Under the pieces are notes generated by a model. That model did no database searches. It was not told the origin of the DNA and saw only the letters and a list, made by a program, of their open reading frames with translations. A stretch of DNA of 61,724 nucleotides, filler included, from Sphacelaria rigidula (Eukaryota), in the NCBI GenBank assembly GCA_964200075.2. It is 9 parts of 9 records of this genome, joined end to end, with 100 filler letters (N's around TTAATTAATTAA, not from the genome) between each part and the next. Parts side by side here need not be neighbours in the genome. Positions count along the whole stretch, not along the records: positions 34,350 to 41,118 come from CAXNAA020018170.1; positions 41,219 to 47,987 come from CAXNAA020018171.1; positions 48,088 to 54,856 come from CAXNAA020018172.1; 6 more parts are not named here. One strand, written 5' to 3'. Below are positions 36,013 through 48,179 of the stretch, one piece after another (positions within the stretch are counted from its first letter, which is position 1; the number at the start of each line of letters is the position of its first letter). The translations under genes were made by a program, and so were the position numbers.

Positions 36013-36769
36013 ATTCTGCACACTTCTGACGCTGACTACTGTAACATAATGACCCCCATGAGCAAGCGAACAGTGTGACGTGGCCAGAGTTTTTTCTCGA
36101 GTCTTTTGCCGTGGCGCCGGTTGCGAAAATGTTCCTCGGCCAGTCAGGGGCGCTTCAAACTGTCCTAAACTTGAAAATGCGAATTCCCGACGTAATTTGT
36201 ACCCAATCTCATCAAAATCATGCCTTAGTAGCCGCCATCAGCTAGGAAACCTGACGCGAAAAACAGATTTATAAACGGTTTGTGTGAGATCAAGTTATAC
36301 CCAAAACGTGGTTTTTCGGTGATGTGGGTTTAGGCGTCATCGTATTTCCACTGACAACCTGCATCAAAGACCCAGAGAGCATTCGACACTCTCCCTTGTA
36401 ACTTTCGAGAAAAAAGATCTGATAATCCTCAAGCTTGGCAGTTTGGTAAATATGGGCGCTACGAATGGGGAAAAAATCGTCGAGGAATATTTCGAAATTC
36501 TCTACCGGCTTCCGGTGGTCTCAGCGTGAAGAACCCCAGAGCCGGTACAGATTGCTTCGGAATGAAAAAAATCATATATGACTCGTCTCGAGGTGGTCCA
36601 AGAAACATTTGTACAATGTTTCGTTACGTAACTCGAAAAGCCCAGCGGCTGATGCAAGCTCAAGCGCACATGGAAGACGTCGGTAGCATACTATAATCAA
36701 GTGATTGGGGGATTCCGCGTACATTTGTATACTTCAACGCACACACACGGGCGAAACCTCAAGACGTTG

Positions 36770-37130
36770 TCTTCAGTTAGACGCTGAACATTCGCACACG
36801 GGTTCTCTGGTATATTTAGAAAGGCTGCGAAAATGGGATATTTTGATTTTTTTCGTTTTCCGCCAGATTCCCGGGGTCCTAGAAGGTGCGAGAGTAAAGC
36901 TCACGCCATTTTTTTTCAGTTGAGACGCTGAAAAATTGCACATGGGTTCTCTGATATTTTTAGAAAGGCTGTATGAATGGGTTTTTTTTTATCTTATTGT
37001 TTCCGCCAGATATCCGGGGTCGCCTATTGGGACTCCGGATATCTGACGAAGAGAAACAAACGAAAGACCCTAATTCATACAGCCTTTCTAAATATATCAG
37101 AGAAAACGTGCGCACAATTCCAACGTCTCC
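36770..37130. repeat. Direct plus inverted repeat (foldback remnant)
   Basis: GGTTCTCTG.TAT.TTTAGAAAGGCTG occurs twice directly, then inverted CAGCCTTTCTAAATATATCAGAGAA. Confidence 0.6.
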
Positions 37131-37304
37131 CTCGAAAAAACGGTGCGAGTTTCGGTTGGGAAGTGATTTCCGGGGGTTCACCCTGAAACAGCGTGTGCCA
37201 CTGTAGGCATCATCCTATTGGTTCTCGTCTGTCGATACTAACCTGCGAACAGAACAACGTGCAAGCACGAGCTTTCAATGTGACACAAGAACTCTTACGC
37301 TTAC

Positions 37305-37373
37305 CTGCTCTGTCGAACCCTCTCTGATTTCGAACTTCTTGCACGATCCATTGAGATTCCTCTCAATACAAAC
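37305..37373 (-). CDS. Putative thylakoid-lumen protein, exon 3 (VCIERNLNGSCKKFEIREGSTEQ)
   Basis: GCAG acceptor, GTAAGC donor, 69 nt, phase 0. Confidence 0.65.
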
Positions 37374-38295
37374 CTGCCCGAGATACACACATCGGGGGCA
37401 GGAGGGAGGGGGGCGAGAAGCAGAGCTACCGTGTGTGGCAAGAAAAGGGACCGGGGACTGTGCCAACAGTGATTTTGTTCAAAGACGTGATTACGAAGCT
37501 CTCCTTGCTTTGGCCAGTCAGTGGCGGACCATTAGCCAGAATACACAGACAAACCCGTCTTCGGCCAAAAAGTATGCCAAAAAATGTTGAGATATGAATA
37601 TGTCCTGAGTGCCATTTTCGAGCGATAGACTTGACGCAACCTTACCAAAGTCGGTGGCGGTCGAGTACGACTTGAAGTAATTTGATGTGATACCGCTTGC
37701 TTCCTCAGTGCTTCCTCCGTGCGCCGACATAGTAGTTTTAGCACAAGTAATCCTAAGATTTGCTAGGTGTTCACGACCGGAAAGGGAGAATAATCTGGTT
37801 GTCTCACAAACTCGCATGCTTCGTGCTCAACATCAACATTGAGTCTCTATGCACTCGAAGACTGCAACCCGGTGGTGATCTCAACACAACACCAGTGGCA
37901 TCCCCGCGAACACTTCGGTTGTCCAGTGGCTGTCGATTGTTCTCACTATTCACGGCGAGACAAAATGGGTGTAGCACAGGTCGAGTCATGGTGGGTAAAG
38001 AGGCGGTGTTGACGTGGACGTCTGTAACGATCATGAAGATGGCCACTTTTCCCCGAACACACCGTCACGATGTTCTTGGCGAACAGCCACGTTTGCCCTG
38101 TAAACCTCGGCTGCGGGTTTATTGCACGTTGGAATCGCAATCGCCTAAGCGAAAGCCAGTGGCGCGGGATTCGGATTCCATAAACCTCCCACCGGTACTG
38201 GCGGCTTGTCTCGTTGCTCCTCTACTTCACGTCATGTGGTTCTCTGGGGGGGCACGTGGCGAATCTCGGGAAAATCTAACAGATTTCGTTCCCAC

Positions 38296-38419
38296 CTCCT
38301 TGTCTTTGAACATTTCCAAGGGCGGGTCAGCAAATGCTGCCAGCGGCAGTGCTAGAGCAGCCACACCTCCAGCCAACCCGCCGAGAAACTGCAGTCGAGA
38401 TTCCGGTGATTCCTGGCTC
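38296..38419 (-). CDS. Putative thylakoid-lumen protein, exon 2 (SQESPESRLQFLGGLAGGVAALALPLAAFA-DPPLEMFKDKE)
   Basis: CAGCAG acceptor (alternative end 38422), GTGGGA donor, phase 2 to 0; hydrophobic lumen-targeting-like peptide ending AxA. Confidence 0.65.
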
Positions 38420-38900
38420 CTGCTGCGACAGCAAAATCCATGACATTTTCGTGCGCGTACTCAGTGGGCAGAAGTACCCGTGTGCGTCCAGTAACGCGAG
38501 CGACATGATGATACGGTCCGCTGTTTATTATTATAATATTTGCTGTAGAAACATGAAACGCCACAAACCTGGCCTGTAAGGTGTCGATGATGCGCATGTT
38601 GATCTTGGCAATAGCAGCAAAGTCACACCTGGCAGCGTTTTGTCGCCACAATTTTATGCACCAACTGTCGACTCTCCCGGGGGAAATATCCGCGCACGGA
38701 TGCAGGCGACGGGGATCACCAGACAAATGAGGAGCTGGGATGGTGTGCGGTAACTGAAGGCAACACCGACGGTGCCAGTTGAACGTTTGGACCTGTAATC
38801 CACACCAAAACAGTTTGCATCCAATATCCTTCAGCGACCATCGTCTCTAATGCTTCGTCACAGCAGCCATACACAGACCCATCCGCCGCCAAACACTTAC

Positions 38901-39118
38901 CTTCGAGGTGGAGAGCTCATCATGCGTATTCTACCGCCCCTGCAAGGGCCCACAGTCGACTCCCGCGACTGAGGTTGTGATCGTTGCCAGCTGCTACTCG
39001 TTCGGATGGTGAAAAAGCCCGTCACGACAACAGCATGGTTTTGTAACAAAAGTAGAACTGTCGCTATTGCTATCACTATGAAAGCGTTCGATGACGATAG
39101 TGATGATCGAGAAGCCAT
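38901..39118 (-). CDS. Putative plastid/thylakoid-lumen protein, exon 1 (signal peptide + transit peptide)
   Basis: MASRSS..FIVIAIATVLLLLQNHAVVVTG-FF then an S/R-rich transit peptide; AG|GTAAG donor. Confidence 0.7.
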
Positions 39119-39360
39119 TTATCCGTGCTTGTTAGCGGGTGTACATAGAGGTCGCACTCGCGAGATCCTCATGACCGAGTACCACCCTAGATCCTTAAAC
39201 GGACACTCTCAGTCGTTCCCGTAGATCGTCGTTATGAACGAATTCAAATTTTCTGTTCCGAAAACTCAGCAAAATCATCCCGTGATCTTCCCCTGACCCT
39301 TATACGCGCTACGACAGTGTACGACAGAGAAGACTTCCACTTGTCTGCATTGCATTCCAA
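39119..39360. promoter_or_regulatory. Probable bidirectional promoter / 5' UTRs
   Basis: 242 nt between divergent ATGs at 39118(-) and 39361(+). Confidence 0.5.
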
Positions 39361-39828
39361 ATGGCGAGGAAATCAAAATCAGCAGCAGCAGCAGCAGCAG
39401 CTGAAGAATCACAACAATCAACCCAAGACTTGTCTCAAGGGATGACAACTGATGAACAAGCAGACACCCAGGACTCTGTCCTCGACTACGACGACTCGCA
39501 AACACAGGAAGCTGAAGCAAAGGAGCAAGGGGAGGAGGAGGAGGAAGCGGAGACGGAGGCGGAGAAGGCGGGGGACGCAGGGAGTAAAAAGGAGAAACAA
39601 AGAGCAGGCAAAGCGAAGAAAAAAAAGGCTGATGAAGATATTTGCACCGAACGCGATGTTCTGCGGAGAGTACCGCTGCCTACCGGGGATGGACGTGCTG
39701 CTGGTGGTAACAAGAGTTTCACCGTTCTGGCGTGGAATGTGAATGGACTGAGAGCCACGGTGAAGAACGGCCTGAATTTGCTGAGGAAGATGGTAGACAC
39801 TGAGAAGCCCGACTTGGTGTGCTTTCAG
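39361..39828 (+). CDS. APEX1: AP endonuclease (ExoIII/APE1 family), exon 1
   Basis: Charged N-terminal extension, then FTVLAWNVNGLRA...EKPDLVCFQ|GT: the canonical WNVNGLRA and PD..C.QETK motifs. Confidence 0.9.
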
Positions 39829-41002
39829 GTGCCAAGCGAAACATGATGTGCAGAGTGTGAAATGTGAACATGGCACCTTTCTGTTGTTTCGGAATATTTT
39901 CGGTGTGCTGGAATCCTGGCCCATTGAAGTTCTCCGCCCGAACCGCGGGTTGACCACTAGCCAGACGTGTTTTTCGAGGTTCAGATTACGGGTTGTTTCT
40001 AGTGGAGAGCCGATGTCCGCATCTAAAATGCCGTTGCCACGCATGTCCCGCGCGTCATAGTTCTCCGTAACCCAAGACCAGCAGCATATCGCCGTCTCAA
40101 AACAGCAACATAGTAGCGGTCACATGTGACCATACATGCATGACGGAGTCAGTTAAATGCGCCCCTTCTGTACATGCGCCTGATGAATTATGTAGAGGCT
40201 ATGCGCCTATCCTTGAATCAAGATAAAGGGGGTTTACAACGCGTAAAATGTCTAGAAGGCGTATAAGAGTAGAGGGCTACGGCTGATGGTGAAATTATGC
40301 ATGAAGAAAAAGGCACAACCTCCTCCCTTCTAGACGATGGCAAATCCTGCTGTACTCACATTGGCTATAATGTTCGTTTTGTATCACTCCTGTTGAGCGT
40401 GCATCTCCATGTCCTAGGTCAACGTACGCCTGCAAATCCACTCTTCCGTAGTTCGCGGCGATGTCAGCGGGCAAAATCTCGGAATAAAAAGCATGGGCAG
40501 TCTTACACCTTAACTGACAGTCTCCTTGTTGGACGCCAATCGGACGGGCTTCTTGCGGGGTTTGGAGCAGTCGCTTTTGGTGAAATAAGACGTGAATAGA
40601 ACCGAGTGGCTCAAAGCCTGGAAGGACCGTATCACAATATACGCCGTGTGCCAAAGTTTGTGTGTTAGCCACGATCAGACACATTGCCGCCACTGCTGAC
40701 GCCATAACATGAGCAGCATCTCGCGAGGAATCCGAGATGGAAGTGGTCGCAACAGTAACCCGCTTTGCCCCTGACTTGGGTATCAACAGGGTAGGCGGGG
40801 GTAGCACGGAAACTGACATCCCCCGGTCGTGCCCTGTGGATTATTGACTTCCCTCCGAGGCTTGCAACTCTAGCCGTGAAGCAGAAAGACCATCGGAAGT
40901 GGTGATCGTGCCAGCAGTAGATGCAGTCATGCTTTTACGAAGATATTACAAGCTGTGGCGCAAGTGAAAAACTGAACGATGGGTTTTTCTTCGTCATACT
41001 TT

Positions 41003-41118
41003 AACCCCCCCCCCCCCACGCCCTCCTCGGGACGACGAGTCCGTGGTTTCAAGGGGGTTAACCCCCCTCTATTCCCCGGTACGCGCCTTGCATTTTAGTG
41101 CGGTGCGGCACCGCATCG
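41003..41118 (-). mobile_element. SINE family S2, 3' part (truncated at contig end)
   Basis: GAGTCCGTGGTTTCAAGGG..CCCCGGTACGCGCCTT matches 6890-6945. Confidence 0.65.
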
Positions 41119-41218
41119 NNNNNNNNNNNNNNNNNNNNNNNNNNNNNNNNNNNNNNNNNNNNTTAATTAATTAANNNNNNNNNNNNNNNNNNNNNNNNNN
41201 NNNNNNNNNNNNNNNNNN
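41119..41218. other. Artificial contig linker
   Basis: Identical spacer. Confidence 0.98.
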
Positions 41219-41524
41219 CAAGCTGCGGAGAGATTCCGTCGTCTCTTCTTGCCTGTCTCCAACGCGAAGATCGATTCCTCTCTGCCTCTCCTTTTGGACA
41301 GGACGCGCCTCTGTGCGCTGAAAAACATGTTGAAAAAATAGGGCTATGTTCCCGTCACCGCTACTACTGTTCTCTGTCACACACATGCCAGGAAGGAAGA
41401 TGCTGCGGCAATAACAGATATATCCAATTTGAACACAAGGGGTGTTATTCATCGTTGATTTTCGCCGACCTCTCCCAATGGGGTGCCCAACGAGAACAGC
41501 CTGTCACACGCCAGTTGAGGGGGG

Positions 41525-41848
41525 TGTATGAGAGATCAAACACTTTTAGATACCTTTTTGACATGCGGAGTGAAAAAAGATACCTATGGTGGTAACCTAA
41601 TTGTTGCTAGCGTGGCGCATAGGCAATGTGCAGCACGCTGGTCACATGAGCAGCTCGGTACAATACGAGTAGCTTCCTATAAGTAATAATTATTCCGATG
41701 TCAGGAGGACGTGGTCACGCTAACCAACTGCATCGAAGTCGCAAGACCTGTGAAAGCTAGAGAGTTTGATTTTTATGATCTGGATCCACAAAATTGAAAC
41801 GATTCTGAAAACCTGAGGGAAGGTGGCCGCTCCGGGTCCAGTCAAACA
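41525..41848 (+). mobile_element. Putative 3' LTR of a second LTR element, abutting the Gypsy pol
   Basis: Polypurine GAGGGGGG (41517-41524) immediately before TGTATGA; ends TCAAACA (6/7 inverted match); pol-like sequence follows directly. Confidence 0.45.
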
Positions 41849-41977
41849 TCCGAAGAAACCATCGAACAGCAATACGAAACTTTTCCGGGATCGGCATACT
41901 TCAATATATCCGCCTCACCCCCGACTCGGATTTCTGCGGTGGAATCCGATTGACGCCCTGCTAAACCTCCTGATGAA

Positions 41978-43470
41978 GTGCTTCAACGCTTATCGGTCGA
42001 GTCTCGGGAACATTTCCTGCAAATGTGGAACCAACTTCCACCTCATTTGCGTGGTATCCATTTTGACCTACATTGTCCGGGCTGGGAGCCCGCCGTAATC
42101 CAAGAGCTACAAGATGTTCTCCTGGAATATCAGGACAGATTTTTACGATCCAAAACGGATCTCGGGCATTGTAAAACAATGCCATTCGAGATCACTCTGC
42201 AACCTGGCGTTTCGCCAATCTCATCTCGACCATATCGAACGAATCCCCTCGTCACCAAAAAAGTAAATGCTATATTGGATGCATACTTAGGAGCTGGTCT
42301 GATTCAACACTCGTCTTCGCCATGGGCCTCACCCCTCGCGGTTGTCCCCAAAAAATATGGCAACATACACATCACCGTGAACTACAAACGGCTGAACCGC
42401 GTCACTGTCGTGGGAAAACTTCCCATACCTCGCATCGACGATGTCTTCGACTCTCCCGGCGAAGGAAAAATATTCAGCACTTTCGATCTGGCATCTAGAA
42501 TTTTCCAAAATGCAATTCACCCCTATACAGTTCCCTTGACAGCGTTCTGTACATCTTCAGGGGCTTTTTGAATGGCTTCGTATGCCACAAGGCGCTGCCA
42601 TCGCACCGGGCTGCTTTCAATGAATGCCTCATGCAACGCGTTACTGGCGGTCTCGAGCATGTTACCATGTATCTAGACGATGCTATCGCTTTTGATGCCT
42701 CCCCCAAGGCGCATGTTCGCACTCTACGGGAATTCCTCTCCCGCTTGCGTACACATGACTTAAAATTGTCTCCATCCAAAGCTCGACTCGGAGCCACTGA
42801 ATTGGATTTTTCAGGACACTCTAATTCTCCTGCTGGATTGCACCCAGACACGAATAAAGTCAAGGCTATGACTGATATACCCATGCCCACCAATATTTCG
42901 AAGCTTCGCTCGCTGTTGGGCGAACTTTCATATTGTCGAAAATGTTTGCCCAATTTGTCCAAGCGGATCACGCCCATCACAGATTTAGTGAAGAAAAACG
43001 TCCCGTTTGTCTTCACTGAAGAAATGGAAGCCGCCGTCCGCGAACTGCTCAAAACACTGACCGAAAAACCGGTTCTTTGTTTTTCGGATTGGGATGCGGT
43101 ACAAGACGGCTCACGCCTTTTCCAACTACACACCAAAGCTAGCACAGATGGGTTCGGCGCCGTTTTGAATCAGCCTCAACCGGATGGCTCTGTCTGACCT
43201 ATTTTGTACATCAGCCGCGCAACCCTCCCAAACGAGGCAAACTGGAGTCCACTCGAACTCAAAGGCGGAGTCATAACTTGGGCTATTAAAAGGCTTCGAC
43301 AGTACTTGTTCGACGTGCCTTTCCACATCTATACAGATCACGGAGCTCTTGAACAACTCGCTGAGGTTGAAGAACATAACCCCCGCGTACAACGGTGGCT
43401 GGAGTTCTTGACTGCCTAGCAGTACATTGTTAATCACCTTCCGGACAAAACCAACGGCAATGCTGACCTT
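41978..43470 (+). pseudogene. pol: Gypsy pol: reverse transcriptase + RNase H (frameshifted, with stops)
   Basis: RPYRTNP, SSSPWASPLAVVPKK, VNYKRLN, FSTFDL, YLDD (42670-42681), ASTDGFGAVL, FHIYTDH, RVQRW, NGNADLLSR; frameshift near 42570, stops at 43197 and 43419. Confidence 0.95.
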
Positions 43471-44149
43471 CTTTCGCGATTGCCTCTATCCCCTACAGCG
43501 GTAGATTTCAGTCCCGCTTGCCGCTTGACCGAACCTGACGAACCAGGCGTCTACCCCATTCGGTGTTTTTCTACGCCCATCTACGTGCTCGACCTGCAAT
43601 GTCCTGAAACAGGTCTGCACATGGGGGCGGGGTGCCCTCTGCCCCCTGATACAGTTTTGGATGGCTTAGCGCCCACAGCTGCTGATTTTGCCGACTTCCG
43701 CACTTTCGGCCCTCGTGCGAACATATCGGCGCCGCCACCACCAACTGTTCACCTCATCTCCGACAACACGCGCTCTCGGTCGGCAGCCCGTGCAAATTCT
43801 TCGCGTGCTGTAATGCCGCCACCGCCGCCGGCCGCTTCTGACAATGCATCGCCGCCGCCGCCTCGTGCCCCCACGGGCCGTACCACGCTTCCACAAACCG
43901 GCCGCGTGCCCAGTGTTGTACCAACACAGCCCGCGCCCCTTGTGCGCCCCACGCGCCGATCACGTTAATCACCTCGCGCTACCCCCTCGCCGCCTTCTGG
44001 GGATCTCCCAGCACCTGCGCCACTGACTCGTGATACACATGCGTCAGATCCACTTCCGAATCAAGATGTTGACGTCGGCACCCCTGCTTCTTCACCTGTG
44101 CCACCCCTTCCTAAGCCACCATGTTTGGTTGGCTCCCCGGCTGAAGGAC

Positions 44150-46290
44150 AACTCCGAGAATTTCTCGCTAGCTACTCTCACCGCGATTGGGCTCGCGACC
44201 GACAACAGGAACCGCTCTGTCGTGCGACAATGCGGTACTTACGGCTCAAATGCCCCACCCCTTTCCCGGCTGAGATCCTGACTCCCGTGGACTCTCTACC
44301 CGCCCGTCAGATCTGACGTGCTCGAGCTGGCACCCAAAGGTACTATCTTCACGACTGACGACGACGTTCATTTGCTTGTTCGCCGGTTCCACTCACATTT
44401 GGGCACGGCTGCCACAGTAACCGCTGCCACTTCGGCACATATGCGTCATGAAGCCCCTATCCGCATCTATGTCCCTATAATGATGCGTCCATAGGTCATG
44501 AAGGGCTGTCACTCTGATTTGTCCTGCCACTTAGGCGTCACGCGCACGTTAGCGCTCCTTGAACGCTTTTATTGGTGGATTGGCACGGAAGCATCCACGC
44601 GTTTTTGGGTCCGACGAAGTTTCAAATGTCAGGCTCGCGAAACCTCTCGACGGACTGTGCGATGGCCGGTGATTTCCATGGAGCTTCCAAACACTCCTGG
44701 TCACTTCGTATCGTTTGACTGCTTCGGCCCTTTACCCCCAACTGACCGTGGTAATATCTACATTCTGCTCTTCACCGACCTCTTCAGCCGTCACGCGACT
44801 ATGTATGCTGTTACTGCTAGCGATTTCACTGCTGCCGGCACAGCGGACATTCTCGTCCATGACTACATTAAGCACTATGGCCGCCCGCAACGGCTCCTCT
44901 CCGACAATGGTCAACAATTTTGCTCCGAACTCTCGGATGCTTTGTACAAGCTCCTCGGCATTCGCAAAATTGCCACGAGCGCCTACCACCCTAACGGTAA
45001 CGGTGGAACTGAACGTATGAACCACACGATGGCTCAAATGCTATCCATGGTCGTAAACGACCGACAAAATGACTGGGACCCTCATCTTTCGTATGTCATG
45101 CTGTCTTACAACAATTCGGTTAACGCGGCTACGGGCTTCTCGCCCAACGAGCTGCATCTTGGATGCTACCCTCGTCTGCCCATCACCGTTTTCGAAAGAC
45201 ATACCTTCGATGGTCACCAAGGTCTGGAACAGGATCAGATGTCCTACCACGACCTTGCCAGGGCTCGTCAGCGCAAAGCTTTCACTTTGGTGCGCGAACA
45301 ACACGCTATCAACGCCTCACGCCTTGAAAGATCCACATCCGCCTTCTACAACTTGATGCACAAACGCCCTACTTGGAAGATCGGCGATTGGGTCTGGATC
45401 TACAACAGTTTGCCCACCATCCGTCAAGGCGCTGACCGTACTGCCCAGGCAACAGTCTTGAAGACGAAACTGTCCCTCAATTGGACGGGTCCGTTCAAGA
45501 TTCTCATATTCGGACCTTCGCCGACATCTCCTGACGGCAAGCCCATTGGCGACACATTCCCCTTCCTCGATATACCTCGTGACCTCCAGGGGCACGGCGC
45601 TAAATCTCCGGTCTCTGTGCATCGTTGCAAGCCTTGCACGAACCCGCATGACACTACGGACATGCCTCAATACCTGCCTGCAGGTCTCACTCATCACGTG
45701 CTCAACAGCTACTCAACAAAATCTCCACCGTACCACGTGACCACCGATGGCGTGACTGAAAAACCTCTCCCCTTGGCCGTGTCCCACATTTCCGGCCACC
45801 AAATCACTCAAGGCCCTGGCGGCAAAATTGCCGTTATGTACAAGGCACACTGGCAAGGTCTTCGGCGTGCGTCTTGGGAACGCGAGTCCGACCCTCAACT
45901 GCACCGTCGTGCCATCCTTCTCTATTGGACACAATCCCAGGACTACGTTTTGTAGCCGATTGTTACGAACTCGTATCCACCAAAACACGGGACGAAAAGA
46001 TTCGCGCGAAACAACAACCGCTTCCTAAAGGTGCCTACTTGTGGTATAACGGCAGCGATTACCTCTGGTGGCTAGGTCAGATCCACTCCGTCGATGCCCC
46101 GCGGCCGACACGTACATCGTACGTTTCCTCGACGATCCTGAGCCCGTTCAGCTCAAGCTTCGCCCCGATTTTTACACGACCAGCCCCTCCACACCCCGCG
46201 GCTCCTGGTGCCTACCACGTTTCAAGTCACACGGCCTACGCCGAGGTCTTCAGCGCAATATCGATCGTACACACGACATTAATGCACCAC
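44150..46290 (+). pseudogene. pol: Gypsy pol: integrase (zinc finger, DDE core), chromodomain, Tudor-like tail
   Basis: CHSDLSCHLGVTRT..FYWW..KCQ; FDCFGPLP; LLSDNG; AYHPNGNGGTERMNHT; WTGPFKI; MYKAHWQG..SWERE; WWLGQI..YIVRFLDDP. Confidence 0.93.
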
Positions 46291-46895
46291 CTTGAGTCCT
46301 ATCTCTTCGCACTCCCTTCATCGCGATCTTTATCTCCTCTCCCAGTTTGGTTCTGATACTTCCCTTGTTCCCACTCAGGTACGCTTTCCTCTTCACTGCT
46401 TCACCTACGTGGCTCTCCTATCGCGGCTCGTCTCTACCCTCATCAGCTCCTTCGTAACTTCCTCTGGACCCCCTTCGCCCCCTTCCATCGGCTCTAGGCT
46501 GCCGCTACCTTGTCTAGCTGGCACTCGACCCTATTCGGGTCTTTGAGTTTTTGTTTTCCTGCTTGAGATTGCCACTGTGTCCTTTGCGAGGTTTTCCTGT
46601 GCTTTTTATCTAGTTAGCGTGTCAAAGCATTGTGTGCTTTTCCCGTCTGTTCGCTAGCTCGCAGCAGCATTGTATGCCACTGCGCAGTCAACCATAGTTG
46701 CGTAATTGCGCCTTTTGAGGCACCTTTGGTTTTTCTCGTTTGAGGTTTGGGAGGATCGGGCACCGGGCTGGTCATTGCCCTCTTGTTCTTTTTTCGCGTT
46801 GTCTCCTCATGACTTGATGGGTGAGACAAGCCTCAATTCTAGTTGCTCTTGAGACTTGATCGCAACTCACATAGAGGTTCGTCTGGGTGAGTGAG

Positions 46896-47369
46896 TGTCA
46901 TGAGGAAGGAAGATAGAGAGGCGTTATTTGTTCCCACAGACAACTTGAGGGCAGGCTGGCTCACAGATCATTCGATTCATCCATGGGAATGCTCCCATAG
47001 TTCTGGGGAAGGTTGGTGTACAGACTGGTGTACCCTAGCTGGGGAAGGTTAGTGTGCAGGCTGATATGCCCTGGTCCCGAGGAGGCAAAACGCCTTCTCG
47101 GGCCGAGGTCGGATAGGTCGCGTTCCATGCACACTCGCCCACTCTTGAGCTACCCTTCGAGCCGGACCATCTGCTCCTACCTTTTACCTTTGGTGAGATC
47201 AGTGTGCCGGGCGATCAAGGGAATAATCAATGAGAGTTACAAGGTATCAAGCCTTCGAGCTTCCTTTGTTTGTTTGCTACTGCGACCAACAGTCAAGTGA
47301 ATCCTTTGAGCTCCCCTTGTTTGTTTGCCACTGTGACCAACAGTCACGAGAATCTGCACGTGTGAAACA
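46896..47369 (+). repeat. Putative 3' LTR of the Gypsy element
   Basis: TGTCA after purine-rich GGGTGAGTGAG; internal tandem duplications (CTGGGGAAGGTT x2; GAGCT..TTGTTTGTTTGC..GACCAACAGTCA x2); the end CA is uncertain. Confidence 0.45.
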
Positions 47370-47529
47370 CATAATTGCAGCTTGTTCTACTCGGACATAT
47401 TGCACCTCGTGCATCTTACAAGCTTGCAGTGCATTGGTCTATCAAGGAAGGTGTGTGGATTCTGTCCATACGTATCCATATTACAGAGGATCGTACATAC
47501 TGCATTTCAATGTTTTTTCTTTGTATATC

Positions 47530-47730
47530 AGAGAGTTTCGGAAAACGATTTCTTGTCATTTCAGAGTGCAAATATCTCAGGATCAGAATGCAACGAAAAA
47601 ATATTATCCCCTCCGTCAAATGTGGTATCTCCCTAACGTTTTTTCTATGAGTGTTTACTTTATTTTTTTCTGCGCTCCGATCCTAAGATATTTGCACTCT
47701 GAATGGCAAAAAAGCGTTCTCTGAAACTCT
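47530..47730. mobile_element. Foldback/MITE with ~70-bp inverted arms
   Basis: AGAGTTTC..CAGAGTGCAAATATCTCAGGATC / GATCCTAAGATATTTGCACTCTG..GAAACTCT. Confidence 0.65.
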
Positions 47731-47987
47731 CCATTGTCACTTCTTTTAGTGCTGTATTCGCTTCCTTTTGCTTGTTCTCCTTTCCTTGTCTCCTAACACT
47801 ATGTTCGTGAGATTCAGAACGTAGTTTCAGATTCAGAGTGGATGCTCCAGCGTTCCCAACACGCAACTTTTGTTTTTTTTTGCTTGAGCACACGTCCTGT
47901 GCATGCAGCTACCGTACAGTACCCAAATTAAGGAATTCGGCGGTCTGGTTGATGAGATACCGCACAAAGCATTTTTACGCCTGGGGG

Positions 47988-48087
47988 NNNNNNNNNNNNN
48001 NNNNNNNNNNNNNNNNNNNNNNNNNNNNNNNTTAATTAATTAANNNNNNNNNNNNNNNNNNNNNNNNNNNNNNNNNNNNNNNNNNNN
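47988..48087. other. Artificial contig linker
   Basis: Identical spacer. Confidence 0.98.
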
Positions 48088-48179
48088 TTATTATGCCCTA
48101 CTCATTGTCCATACCAAATTTCAGGGTCCAGCTCCAAGTATTGGCCGTATAATGGGCCTGCAAACTGCAGAATCGCTTC

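Larger units (their letters stand above)
41849..47369 (+). mobile_element. Degenerate Ty3/Gypsy LTR retrotransposon with chromodomain integrase, 5' truncated
   Basis: RT-RNaseH-integrase order, chromodomain, 3' UTR and putative 3' LTR. Confidence 0.93.

Noticed and set aside
40295-40930. Possible gag-like remnant in the AP endonuclease intron
   Set aside because: No diagnostic motif seen
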